This document shows positions 21,725-33,620 of a stretch of DNA of 64,000 bases, piece by piece. The stretch lies in assembly GCA_010093815.1 (NCBI GenBank), contig ML996569.1; one strand, 5' to 3'. The position numbers and the translations under genes are program-made. This DNA comes from Pseudovirgaria hyperparasitica. Its lineage: Eukaryota. The notes below the pieces were generated by a model. It was not told where the DNA came from. It saw only the letters and a program-made list of their open reading frames with translations, and made no database searches. How positions within the stretch are numbered: the stretch's first letter is position 1; every line of letters starts with the position of its first letter.

Positions 21725-23997
21725 GCACCTTGAACTTTCAGGGTTTGCTGTGTTGGATATTCAATGTATTGTTTCACTTCTCCAAAAGACTGTTTTAACC
21801 TGTTTTCACGTTTCGTCTGCTTGTTTACCTACCCCTCGGCGCTCACGTCTGTGCGCTTCTCTCTCTCTTGTACTCTCTCACCTGATAGACCTTCCGGGCG
21901 ACTGTTGTTTCCACTACTCTCATACATTCCCATCTGTTGCATTGTCATTGTCATCATCACATCTAGCGTTTGGGTCGGAATCACTTGCGGCATGTCGGAA
22001 CACACGGTCTATCATCCTCGTCCTTAGTTGCTTTTAACTCTATTGCGCACGCCTTACCCTTGCATCTGCTGGCCCAGGTCGGACGGATGCGCCAAAACCT
22101 TACTCTTCACTCTTGTTTTTTTTTTCAACAGACGTTGGTCGTGTTTCGATAGGAATAGCCAAAAAATTTGGTATTGCGCGTTTTGCGCGAGTACGAAGGT
22201 ACGATGCATCGAGGATGCGGTTAGAAGGTTGGGCCTAGGTGGAGTTCCTGGGCGGCCTATCTTGGGGACGCTTGTACATATTAGAAGCCAGGACGGGTGT
22301 GCATATACGATAATCTGGAGCATTTTCTACATAAAAGCAAGGTCGAAGCTATGTGCAGTGATTCCTTCTTGCGGAGTTGTGAATGTCCATCCTACTTGTT
22401 GTTGATGAAGAGTGCCAGTTCACGGCTCAAACGTAAGATTGAGGCGTGCTTTGTGTTGGATTTTCTTAAAAGATGTCTGTCTGGTTGCGACATACCATTC
22501 TGACATAATACGCTATTCACCTTCATGTCACTGCACTGAGTTTTAGTCGTCTTTGTTCTCGCATCTCATTCATTCATTTGCAGAATGCAACAACCTATTC
22601 AGGCCTCGCGCGTGTATACATACACATACACATATACGTATACACACACCACATACACCAACACAGCGCACACCACAAGCCAACAACACAAACCCTTCCT
22701 GCGACTGCCATGTTGTTCTCATCCATCCATATAGTAGTACTTAGTGAGTAGATGAAACAGGCTACTGGACCATGCCGTCGTTTAAGATCTGCCTACCCGT
22801 CCGCCCGCGTTCTAGAGGGACATTGTAGGTTATATGCCGTGATTGTGGAAAGGCTAGGTATATATATATATGCGCTAGTTCTTGCGGTGCTGGTGCTGGG
22901 TTTCGTGGTGGTTGGTGCCTTGGTCGTCGTTGTCGTTGTCGTGGTCATCGTTCGTTCTCCTAGGTTTTCTACTGGATCATACATGTATATCTATATTCCG
23001 CGTGCTATTGCTGTCGTCCTGCGTGTCGGGCGCTGAAGTCGGTGTTTCGTGTATCGTGTGGGTGGCTTCAGCTTCAGCTTCAGATAGGAATGTATTGAAA
23101 AGTAAACATTAGGTATGTATGAGTTTATTGGCCGAGGAAGATGGATGCCTGATGGGTGGCTTTGTCATTAGAGATAATGTCACGTCTGGGTTGGACTTGT
23201 GGAGGACTGCATACCGCCATGACAACACAGCATATACTGACGTACGGACTCAGGCGCTCGCCTATGCGTGCGCATTTCCAGAATATGCCTAGGGCGCTGG
23301 TGGTTGCGGGGGTTTGGGGTTAGCATTTTGTACTATCTTGTTGTTTTCTTTTTTCTTCTTTTTGGCTGTTGATTGTGTATGGGAGATGCGTGGTGGTGGT
23401 GATGTTTCGCGCAGAGGGGACGACGGGAGACAAACTCACCCGTCCTTGTTCCGGTCCATGATACCGGGCGAGACGTAGTGCGCGTATGTCGAGGTGCAGA
23501 TTGTGAGCAGGATGACTAGGAGGAGGGATTGGAAGTTGAAGAAGGCCGTCTAGTTGAGTGTCAGTTTGAGATATGTGTGAGGGTGTGCGAGGTGGATTCT
23601 TGGGTCTGTGTATGTACCATTGTTGAATTGGCTTGAGGGGTGGTTTGCAGATGTGTCTGGCTTGATGGTAAAGGTGTGAGGGTATGGTGATGTTCGTGAG
23701 ATGGACACCTGCTGGATGTGGATCTGGCAAGTCAAGTAAGTGTAAGGGTGGACGTGTCCGTGCGCAGAAGGTCTTTGGACCTGCGACTTCGTCATGGCTA
23801 TTCACTTTCAACTTCACAGCTTGCGCTTAGCGGACCTGCGCTTCCGTAGCAAGCAGCGCTTTCTCTATTCTCACCTCCTCCACGCCACTCGTACTGATCA
23901 CAACGCATCGAAGGAGAGACACCAATACACGACTCAAACCCTCATCGCAGTCTCACTCCCATCCATCCATCAGCACACCTCCCACCAACCCACCACC

Positions 23998-24503
23998 ATG
24001 ACCGAACCACGCATGCGCCAACGGCACAAAGGCCAACAATTCCCAAACTCAGACCGTCCGTCCCTCCATGTTCCTCCCCCCAAACCTCTCCCCTTACTAA
24101 GACCCACACAGTCGAAGCATTCCTCTTCTCCAACGGCTCGCCGCTCCCAGCCCCACAGCCCACGCTCGCCACCCTCGACGCCATAATCACAGACTTCATC
24201 ATCGAGACATGCCACGAGGCGGCGCTGCGGGCCTCGCTCGCGGGCCGGCAGAAGATCAAGCTCGACGACTTCAAGTTCATGCTGCGCAAGGACGAGGAGA
24301 AGCTGGGCCGGGTGGAGGAGCTGCAGGCGCTGGACCGGCAGATCAAGGAGCAGAAGAAGATCTTCAGCGAGGAGGTCGTCAGCAAGAAGGAGGAGAAGAC
24401 GGAGCGCGAGAAAGGGAAGCGGAAGAAGCGGAAGAGGGATGAGGATGATGAGAGTGCCGGCGAGGAAGACGGGGAGGATGCGAAGGATGCGAAGAAGAGA
24501 TGA
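23998..24503 (+). CDS. TAF13: TFIID subunit TAF13 (TFIID-18kDa histone-fold family)
   Basis: MTEPRMRQRHKGQQFPNSD|LEAFLFSNG...TLDAIITDFIIETCHEAA...RQKIKLDDFKFMLRKDEEKLGRVEEL. Intron 24056-24111 (GTCCGT...CTAAG...CAG). Confidence 0.9.
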
Positions 24504-24591
24504 GATACTGTGTGGGGAGTTGATGGTGATTAGGAGCCTGGAAGAGATGAGATTCTGTGTGGGGAGTTGATGGTGATTAGGAGCCTGGAAG
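24494..24591. repeat. 47-bp tandem duplication spanning the TAF13 stop codon
   Basis: GAAGAGATGAGAT(A/T)CTGTGTGGGGAGTTGATGGTGATTAGGAGCCTG at 24494 and 24541, one mismatch. Confidence 0.95.
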
Positions 24592-24921
24592 TGGCAGGTT
24601 TCCCGAAGATGAGAAGGCATATAGGGCGTTTTTTGGGGACTAAGCATTTCATGGCGTCACATATTTCATGACACGAGATGCGCGGAAGAAGACGTGCACT
24701 ATGGGAACGGCGCTTTCGAATATTCATATGTAGCACTATGGACTGCCGAGTCGGCGCCAATTCGCTCTTGGGCTGGCCGAATCCAAGTACGACCAATACA
24801 GGAGAGCTTAGGATTGTCCCATTCGAATCTAAGAACGCCCTGCCCACGGACTTGTGAATCCGTACATGCATTATTATGCTCCAGAGTGCCCCCAGTATCA
24901 TATGTAAAACACATCTACAGC

Positions 24922-26057
24922 TCATGCTTCCTGCTGTTGGTTTCTGTTGTTTTGTCCTCGGTTGCCCTTGTTCTGTCTTCGGTCGCCACCTTTTTGTTTG
25001 TCGTCTCCCCCAAGAGCGTCGCCGGTGCCTAGAGTAAGAGCGGCGGTTGCAAGACGGTTCGAAAGATCGATTTGTGTGCGGATGGTGTTGGAGAGGTAGG
25101 CAACGACGAGGACGTCTTGGATGTGGTTGTTGCTGGGTGTTATTAGCATTTGCAAAGACAATTTTAAAAGTGTGAACGTACAAATCCCTCTCGATGTCCT
25201 CTGGGTTGACCTTGGGTGCTAAGCTCAGGGCGTTTAATAAGAACTGACCCAGTGCGCTACTTGGCTCTGTCTCCTCATCCAGAACATTGCTGACGTAGTT
25301 TGATACTCGCTCAAGCATTTCTAGCACTTGCTCGATAGCACGCTCAAGAGCCTCGATATCAGTCAACATGCCCTGTGTCCGGTCCTCACGGTCCTTCGCA
25401 CCGGCGATCAACTCAAGACCCGACTTGTCGGCCTCGCCATATTTGATCTCATACGGCACCGGGATGAACAAACAGCTATCCGCCGCGCGCTCGGCTGTCA
25501 CACCGATCGGCGCACTGATATACGTCCTGGCCTCAATCTCTTTCCCAGGTACCGTGCTGACAGTCAAGTGCACCGCCGGGTGCGGCCATGTACCATCGCC
25601 TTGCTGACCGTAGAAGTTCTGAATGAGGGCGGAAAAGGTGTTCAGCTCAGCACTGGTGGCATACCAGCCAACCAGCACCTCGCGCGGATTCGCCCGCAGG
25701 TGAAGCGCGAGCATCTGTTTCTGGTAGTCCATGTCGACCTCGACCTGCTCGGCGGTTTCGGTGTGCGGGACGGCGTAGCAGTTGCGGATCTCGACTTCGG
25801 TGCCATCCTCGCTGCGGACTCCGAGAAGGGTTCCGATTACGCGTTCCTGGTCTTGGTTGCGGCGGAGAGAGTGGTCGAGGATCGAGAAGACGGCCTTGAA
25901 TTCGATGTTAGATCTTCTTTCTTCTCCTTGTCTCTCCCATCCTGTTTCATACCTGTGGTTGTATGACTACACTAAGAGGGGCGGTTGAAGGTTGTGCGCC
26001 GACTGGGGCGGGACCAAGCGGTCTCGCGAGATGGAGGAAGGAGTCTGTGTCGGCCAT
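24922..26057 (-). CDS. eIF3f: Eukaryotic translation initiation factor 3 subunit F (MPN domain)
   Basis: [16 protein letters not shown]...[14 protein letters not shown]...RVIGTLLG...[13 protein letters not shown]...VLVGWYAT...[28 protein letters not shown]. Introns 25895-25952 and 25133-25181. Confidence 0.95.
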
Positions 26058-26586
26058 GATTGCAGTCGAGCTCGATTTGGTGATTGTCTTGTCTGGAGTA
26101 TGCGCTGGCGCCGCTCGAATCTGCCGTGGAGTGAAGCGCTACTCCTTTGCGTCGTGGTGGGGAATGGGAGAGTCGAAATCGCAGGAATCTTGGCACGCAC
26201 TCCGCTATGAATTTCTCGCCAAAATTGATCAATTAGAATAATCGATAAGATCATGTTAGATCCGAGTTTCAGCCGGCGCAGATTGATTTTCCTTAAATCT
26301 CGCCAGCTCTAAACTTTTTCTTTTCCTACAAATTATCGGGCACTTTCGAAGACTCGGTGATCTTAATCTTACGGTCACGAGTTCAATTTGTTGCCCAGAG
26401 CAAATCCAAAGCTACGGCTATCTCACGCGTGTTGCGAACTCTGAGCGATTGCCAGGAAGTTTTCGTGTCAAAGTGTGGGAGACATACCATCACGTCTACA
26501 AAGCAAGGCTGTCATACAGCTTGATGATCGGAGACTTGCAGGATCAAGTATTGCTATATCGCAACATATCTCAACCATGCATCTCT

Positions 26587-27361
26587 CTATAACTCCTTCT
26601 CGCCTTTTGGTCCTGGGCGAGATGTCTGCATTGGCACCGCCTGTGGCCTACCTTTAGAGGTATTCTTCTGATCGGCTGCCTGCTCTGTGGCTAGCACGTA
26701 AATAGCTTTCAATGCTTCTCCTGACATTGTGACGATGCTGACGCACGCCATTCCCCAAATCTGTATGCTTATGCTGCCGAGTGGAGCTCGTGGGAAAGAC
26801 AAAAGCCACTCCACATAGTATGGAAGCCATCCTTGTGGAATCCAGAAGAGCGGTTGCTTCGAATACCAAAATTGTAGAAAGAAGCGGAGACCAGATGTGC
26901 TGACCCATCTAAAGGTCTTGACTGCAGTATCAAACTTTGTCTTGAAAGCGCGAATAGAGCTGTCTGTAGAAATCATTGAACAGTCAGGCCTTGTGTGCGC
27001 ATAATGGAGTAGAGTGCAGAGAGTAACTGACCACTCTTCTCAAAGTCAGACAGTGCTTTATCATGCTGTCTTCGCAGCTTCGCCCACTTGGAGAAGTTGT
27101 CTTGTGCGCTCACTCCGTTCATCTCTTTCTTCAGTCGCACTACCTCACCCTTGAGTTTCGCATTCTGTTGTGCCGCGTGCGCCGTGCTGGTAGGGAGCTT
27201 GCTGTATATCAGCCATGCCTATCTATCGTCAGATGTTCGTCCAACCTTCCTTCGGGATGTGCAGTAGGTCTTACAAGCTCATTCACAGTATTTGCGCCGA
27301 TTGTGTTGATGAGGTAGATTACGACTTGTAGTATGAAAACTACGAGAAGTAGAGATATCAT
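26587..27361 (-). CDS. GET1: Guided entry of tail-anchored proteins 1 (GET1/CHD5 family)
   Basis: MISLLLVVFILQVVIYLINTIGA...SAQDNFSKWAKLRRQHDKAL...QFWYSKQPLFWIPQGWLPYYVEWLLSFPRAPLGSISIQIW. Introns 27219-27274 and 26964-27031. Confidence 0.95.
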
Positions 27362-27838
27362 ACTATCAACAAATGTTTAAGCTCCGTGAGCTTTTCGAAA
27401 CAACTAGCCCTCGGTTTTAGTCGGGAGGTTTTTGAGATGTGGACTAATAATTACCCAGCTGTATCTTAGGGCGTTATGACGAGGGGTCACCATAAAAGCC
27501 GCTAGCCCATTTAGGTTGTGGACTCTTCCTCCTGTGAACACATTCAGTCTTCATCCGTCGAGGCCCATCGTCTTGACATGCGAGTCCTGTATTTCGCGAA
27601 ACTAAGGTCATTTTTAACATCACAGATTGACCATGAACTAAGTTACCTCTCTATTATGCCATAGCTGATGTTCTTCATCTTCGCGTCAATGTTGCTCCAC
27701 GACCATGGCAATGGCTGGAAAGAACAAATAAGTAATCATAAAAGCGATGTACAAAAGGGAAAATCAATTTCCCTGAAGAAAATTCTGTCACACATTTTTA
27801 CAAAAACGCCCCCATGAAACGCAAGCACGCCGTTATCG

Positions 27839-28843
27839 CTAATAAGCACTCTCCAGTTTCTGATAATCCCCAACGTCATCCTTTGGATGCCACTTTCTAG
27901 TTCGCCTCCAGCATGCGGTCGATAGAAGACTTCCGGTCCACTTCGTCGCCGTTCCCACGAACGAGTCAAGCACAGACTTGCACTCGTTCAATCGATCTGG
28001 TTCATTCTGCGGAATCTTCCTCTCCGGCTGAGATCCCGGATCACTTAGCATTGTCCCGTATCCCATATTCTGGTCCGGAATGGAAACACTCAATCTAGGG
28101 CCCCTCACTGGCTTCTCCTGAGAAGCTTCCGGAACTGGATAGCTCGCGGCCTTGACAGGGGAAACTTTGTACGTACTGGCCCTTGCCCTAGTTGGCAAAG
28201 TCACGCTTCTTGCACGAGTAAATTCAACTTGAGGACCAGGCAGGTAGCCGTTAAGTTGTCTGCTCCTATTCAGTAGCGTTGTGAGTGCGTGGTGCTCCAA
28301 TCGACATCCTGTCTGTGCGAAGGGCTCGAGGTACCGCCAATCAACAGAGTACACGGTACGTACGTTGATGTAAACGTTTCCCGGAATCTCTTGGTCGTGT
28401 GCTAGTTCAAGAGAAGGAAGGTACTCCGTCTTGTCATGATCTGGATGTGGTGATGACGGAAAGATTGGGAGATAGGATAGGCGGTGATGCAGCGCATATC
28501 GACCACGGGAAAAGACGTCTTCGAGATTGTGGTTCTGGAACAGATCGACCTGGTCCATTAGTGAATCCTCGTTCACGCAAATTTGATCACTCACGAGATG
28601 CACATGCACTGAATCCGGTCTCTCGGCTGGACGCGAGCATACCACAACTGGCGTGCCGTAGTCCTCATCCTCGAGGAAAGGCGACGACTGGAGAGGTTTC
28701 AATGTAACTTTCGGGCCTTCCTTCACTTTCGGAAGCCATAGGAGTCGACCTGGTACCACATATTCATTTGATATCTGGGACTGCTTGATGTCATGTCCTG
28801 GTAGTGATGAAGCTCTCTTGTGGTCCCGGTTGGAATTTGACAT
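27839..28843 (-). CDS. Hypothetical protein with a conserved-looking fungal N-terminal domain
   Basis: Long ORF; likely ATG 28843. Canonical 45-nt in-frame intron 28550-28594 (GTGAGT...CACTAAT...CAG). Motifs PGRLLWLP, PVVVCS, YLPI.P...HPD. Confidence 0.7.
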   Translation of the reverse strand: MSNSNRDHKRASSLPGHDIKQSQISNEYVVPGRLLWLPKVKEGPKVTLKPLQSSPFLEDEDYGTPVVVCSRPAERPDSVHVHLVSDQICVNEDSLMDQVDLFQNHNLEDVFSRGRYALHHRLSYLPIFPSSPHPDHDKTEYLPSLELAHDQEIPGNVYINVRTVYSVDWRYLEPFAQTGCRLEHHALTTLLNRSRQLNGYLPGPQVEFTRARSVTLPTRARASTYKVSPVKAASYPVPEASQEKPVRGPRLSVSIPDQNMGYGTMLSDPGSQPERKIPQNEPDRLNECKSVLDSFVGTATKWTGSLLSTACWRRTRKWHPKDDVGDYQKLESAY

Positions 28844-29916
28844 CGTATTCGTAAAGTAATCCAGATTGCGCAACACTGCGGACCGTCGCGACAATTATTG
28901 GAGCAATGATACAGAGAGAAGCTAATGGCTTGATAAGTGCGATTCTATAGCGTATCTAGCGATGACCATGACTTGCAGTCCCCGCCATATCTTGGACCAA
29001 AGCACCTATATATGTTCAACCTGCGACAAACAACGATATAATAGTCTATTCTATACAATTTCATATGAGGGAGTTTGATGCGGAGCACGGTTGTTGGTGT
29101 GGAGTGATATGGCAAGGGTCCGACTGGCCAGATCATCGGCATAGCCTACAGCTCAGAATAGCATGTTTCAGAAACAACACTTGAAAATAGAATGGCTCAC
29201 GGGACCCTTGGATTCAGCATAAAAGTTATGCAACTACAGTGTCCCCATTCGAGGCCGTCGTATTCGCACTTGAACGAGTCGTGGGCATGGAGAGGATCCA
29301 AAGCAGGATCAGCGGATGAAGACGTCATATGTTGCTGCTGATGCTGTTACTGTTGTCTCATATGTCGCGGAACCAACGATCAGACCATAGGACGACAAGG
29401 GCATGCTATCTTTCTGTTTCAGAATTCACAATTATCAGCAATCCCAGAAACACGGTCGCTGAATTTGTGTCCCGCGGCGTGCACAGCCGGCAGCCACGAC
29501 TTTACCGGCTGAAGACATATTGTCTTCAACGCCTCAGTCTTGCAGGAATTTGTAGAGTGATGAGCTATTCGAGTGGCTCAACATACCTTTTGGTAATTGA
29601 TAAGTTGTTGAAATAGTGGAATGCAGGTAGACGTGCACATCATCTATCTGGACTGTGCCGTCCGCATGCCGCCGTCCACAGCATGGTTACGGAGAAACAT
29701 CGAAGTCCACCATCTAATAGCTCATCTAGCGTATCATGAAACATCTACTCCATATTCTTGTCTTTATCAGCGTCATATAATTCTCCGTTTCATGCGTCTG
29801 TCTGACCACAAAATCCTCCACATTGTCCTGACCCCAAGCGCTCAGCATCAGCATCCATGAAGGACCCGGGATGTGCCACTTGTGCCCCCTCAGCATAGCC
29901 AGGATAGATCCCACAC

Positions 29917-30239
29917 TCATCTAAAGATTACTAGATAACTAGAGCTAGTTTCTTGATATTTCCACCAGAACCCCGGAACATCACCCAAGTACTCCTTCCT
30001 AAGCCTATTCGTTCAGCTTCCAATCAGCCCACTCGTTGTGAGTAACACTCCTGCGCCCACGGCTCATCCATCCATACTGCCCAACTCGCACACGGATCGA
30101 TGAATCCCTGTGTCCAAGCCTCTAGGTACACCTTCGCCCCAGAACCCACGTTCGACATGCGATGATTATACTCATAGTTATCGCTGCGCCCTTGTCCGCT
30201 CTGCTGGAGATATTTTGAGACGTTGGGGCTGTTGGTCAT
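29917..30239 (-). CDS. Possible small (~77 aa) two-exon orphan protein
   Basis: MTNSPNVSKY...AWTQGFIDP can splice (GT...GCTGAT...TAG) to LRKEYLGDVPGFWWKYQETSSSYLVIFR*. Donor site is weak and no homolog is recognised. Confidence 0.3.
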
Positions 30240-31438
30240 GATGAGAGGAAGGGAGACAACATGTTGAGACTGTCATGGTGCTGGGGATCAAGTCTAAGTT
30301 TCGAATGGAGTCTTATGTATGCGTCAAGGTGGGTATGTCCGTGACAAAGTGATGTATCGTGAAAAAGGGGGTGCTGTAGGTGACTGAGATATGGTTAGAA
30401 AGTGTATGCTATTGCCCCCCTTTAGACAAACATGGATTCCCGAACATGGGTATAACTAGGTGATATACCATTGCGGGAATAAATGTACCGTGCCTCATTA
30501 AAGCTGTCCGATGAATGCTATAACAAGAGGCATCATAAATCCATAAAAGACACGCACTATAAAGCATTTCGTCCACACCATGATCACCCGCAAGCAGATT
30601 GATCTACAACACGCGCCACGACCTACTACATGCAAATCGTAAAGACACATGCTGGTCTGTCCGTGTTCGCTGCTGGAGAGTGAGGATCTCATAGACGAGC
30701 AAATGTGGCTATTGAAGGTAGATATAGCTGGTCGTCAAGTATCATGCCAGCCCGGTGACAGAATCTTACATGCCATAACACTTGATATACCTGTTCGTTT
30801 ATACATACACATGCCCATCGATGTCACACATGGGTGCAACATGAACTACATTCTAATTGCGGTGTGTACACGGCCATCCTACTCCCCTCTCCTGTGTGAG
30901 TTCGTGAGATCCACGAGGGGCTGGAATATTGCTTGAACCAAGTGCATATTACGGATGGTTGGATCGTTGATGTTGTCTCTGCTGTGTGCATAGATTGGCT
31001 AGAGACGCTGGCCAATTCTTGAATAGCGACCAGATAGGCCAAATGGCGGATCATTTCTGCTTGGTCTATGAGTCTCAAGGAGCACTTGTGTATGGGCGGG
31101 TCAGCTGCATCTTTATCTGCGTACGTTTGACCTCTCACATGAAGCTCGGTTGCGTACTCTTCTTGGGCTGATTTGATGTGGTCTTGGAGGCGAAGCAAAC
31201 ATCCACGCTCAAAATGGAGTTCGTATAAATCGTAATTGTCAGGACATTCAACTCATGGCTTTCGTGCTACTCATCAATGCACGCTCAATCCAATACCTCC
31301 CATCATGCCTTTCATAGCCATAGCCCCCTGAATGCAACGCTAAGTCCCGCAAATACTCCTCAGAATGCTCATTAAACGCCTGCTCCATGCTTCTCATATC
31401 AGACCGACCTGGATATTAACACATCGGTAAGATATGTC

Positions 31439-32950
31439 TCACATCAGACCACCCAAGACGACTTTCCCTACGCCAGCCATCTCACCTTTGACACCCGTAC
31501 GACTCGCCTCTTCGAACTCGCGGACAACGCCTGCCACTATGACTTTCCGCACTCTTGCATCAGCCTTTGCAAAGAGATCGCTTACGCCAGGCGCACACTG
31601 CTCCGGGCTATTTATCATGGTCATCACCTTGGTATAACAGTCGATCAAGACGTCGCACAGTGTCGCGAACGTCTCAAAAAAGTCCGGGTCAAACGGCAGC
31701 GCTGGCGTAAGAAGTAAGTCGTATTCTTCCCCTGGGAGCAGGTCACTTTCTCCCGATAACGACATGTCGATACTGGGGGTTCCATCTTGATTGCCCAGTC
31801 CCATGAGGTCTGCCGCACTCGACGATCGCCGTCCCTTGCCACCACCGAGAGGGTTTGCACGTTTGAACATTTGTGGTAGTCGGGCTCGTGTCAGGGAGGA
31901 AGGTGTGGAGCCGTCAGGTGGGTGGTTGGTCTGATATGTCTCGAATTCGACAAGAAGAGTATTCCATGCTCTGAGATATTCTGTGGGAGACTGAGAGTTT
32001 AAGTCTAAGATTGTAGGTATTGAGTAGCCTAGTATCAGATAGTTCGTTGCGCGACGACCAAGCTTCTTGGGATCGAAAAATTGTAGGCGGGCGAGATCGT
32101 TCTTGCCGAAGAGCAAAGTGTTGAACCAATATACGCGTCCTTCATGGCTATGTCCAATGTCAGCTTTGGGGGCCTGCGATGTCTTCCACGATACCACTCA
32201 CGCCTTCCTTAGATAGTCTAATGTAGATATTCTCTTGGTAGCTAAATCATGTATATGCTGAAAGACGACACTTGGGTTATAGCCATTTGAAGGTGGTACA
32301 AGCGGTGTAGCCTGTCCAATCACTCCATTGCTCTGGCTGTAATTCGAGTGTGATGTTCCCGGTGGACGTGGAGGAGGAGCGTTGTGTCTGAGAGGTATTG
32401 GTTGCATGCCGACGGATGAATTGGCTTCTGCCGCACTCAAGGGAGATTTGGAGAAGCTTGAGGGCCCACCATTGCTATCTGAGTTCAAGGTTCGCAAGTT
32501 GTCAGTCGACTTCTGTCTGTTCCTCCCAAACGTAGTTATCGACAGAGCGGGGCGGGTAACATTGGAGCCAGGAAGCCCCTTCTCGGGGGAGTACGAGAGT
32601 GCCAGTGTTGCGGCTGCTGAGGGGGCCCGATTGTTTGAACTGAAGCTCGCGCTTCCTACTGTGGAAGAAGAACGCAGAGACGTAGAGCGACTCAGGGTAG
32701 AATCGGCGCCTTGTGAAGTAGAGATGCTCCGGCGGTGTCGCGACGATGCAATGGTGGGTTGTGGTGAAGGGTAGGTATAGGAATCCGAATCGTCGGTCGT
32801 AGAGGGAGGCTCTGGTGTACCGCTGGGAATGGACGACAAGGTACTCGAGACGGAGGTGTTGATGATGGAGGAGATGCCTTTCGACGGCCAGCCAAATATC
32901 GAATTCTTCCTAGTCCTGCCTACGCGCTGCTGCTGATCGGAAAAAGGCAT
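31439..32950 (-). CDS. Conserved fungal protein of unknown function
   Basis: Ser-rich exon ending LATKRISTLDYLRKA, spliced (intron 32148-32201, GTGAGT...CTGAC...TAG) to HEGRVYWFNT...LLTPALPFDPDFFETFATLCDVLIDCY, a motif set recalled from a widespread fungal family. Confidence 0.85.
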
Positions 32951-33620
32951 AATGGCCCGCCCTTTGTAGGAATTGGGCTTTGCGGCCCACCAGCAAAGGT
33001 CAGACCAGACCCCTGGGAAGAAGGCAACCAAATTGGGGCACCAAGGCACTAGGCTATGATTCGTGAGTTGGCGCTGGCGGTGTGTACCTAACGATGGAGA
33101 CTGTACCTGCCTAAGGACTTCGGGAGGGAGGTATGTTAGCCCAAGGTTTGGTGATAAGCTACCAAGGGACTACTGGGCAGTCGCCGTTCTACAGTGGGGA
33201 GGGTTCAGGGGAATATCAGTCGACTACTGTGGGTATGGTACCTCTTTGCACAAGGGTCCTGCCACTGTTATTATCAATCTATATTATGACTACAGTACTG
33301 TCTGTCACTGTCACTACTGCTAGATACTAATTGATGCTACTATTCTTCTAGGTGTCCGTTAGCGTTCGTGTTGTCTGTGCCGCGCCAACTGCTGTGCTGT
33401 GGGTAGGCCGATGAGCGCCTTTCGCATTCACGCAGCAAGTCCTATATGCTTAGAGACTTCTGATATCGCAACAACACCAACACCACCAGAACAACTCCCG
33501 ATTGCGATGGAGTCTCAAGTAAAGGCAATATGCTGCTCGGTAGGTAGTCTTGGTGCCCGGTGTTTGTCGCGTGGGCGCGCCGTTCGCATTCGTTTGGGCG
33601 TGCTAGAGGGAAGGATTTCC

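Noticed and set aside
16000..23900. Telomerase RNA or other long ncRNA in the large intergenic regions flanking the Ahc1-like gene
   Set aside because: No clear TAACCCTAA-type template found; the T-rich Sm-like site near 22160 (minus strand) alone is insufficient.
24530..25732. 400-aa ORF as one protein
   Set aside because: It is eIF3f exon 2 read through an intron into the wrong frame; the spliced gene stops at 24922.
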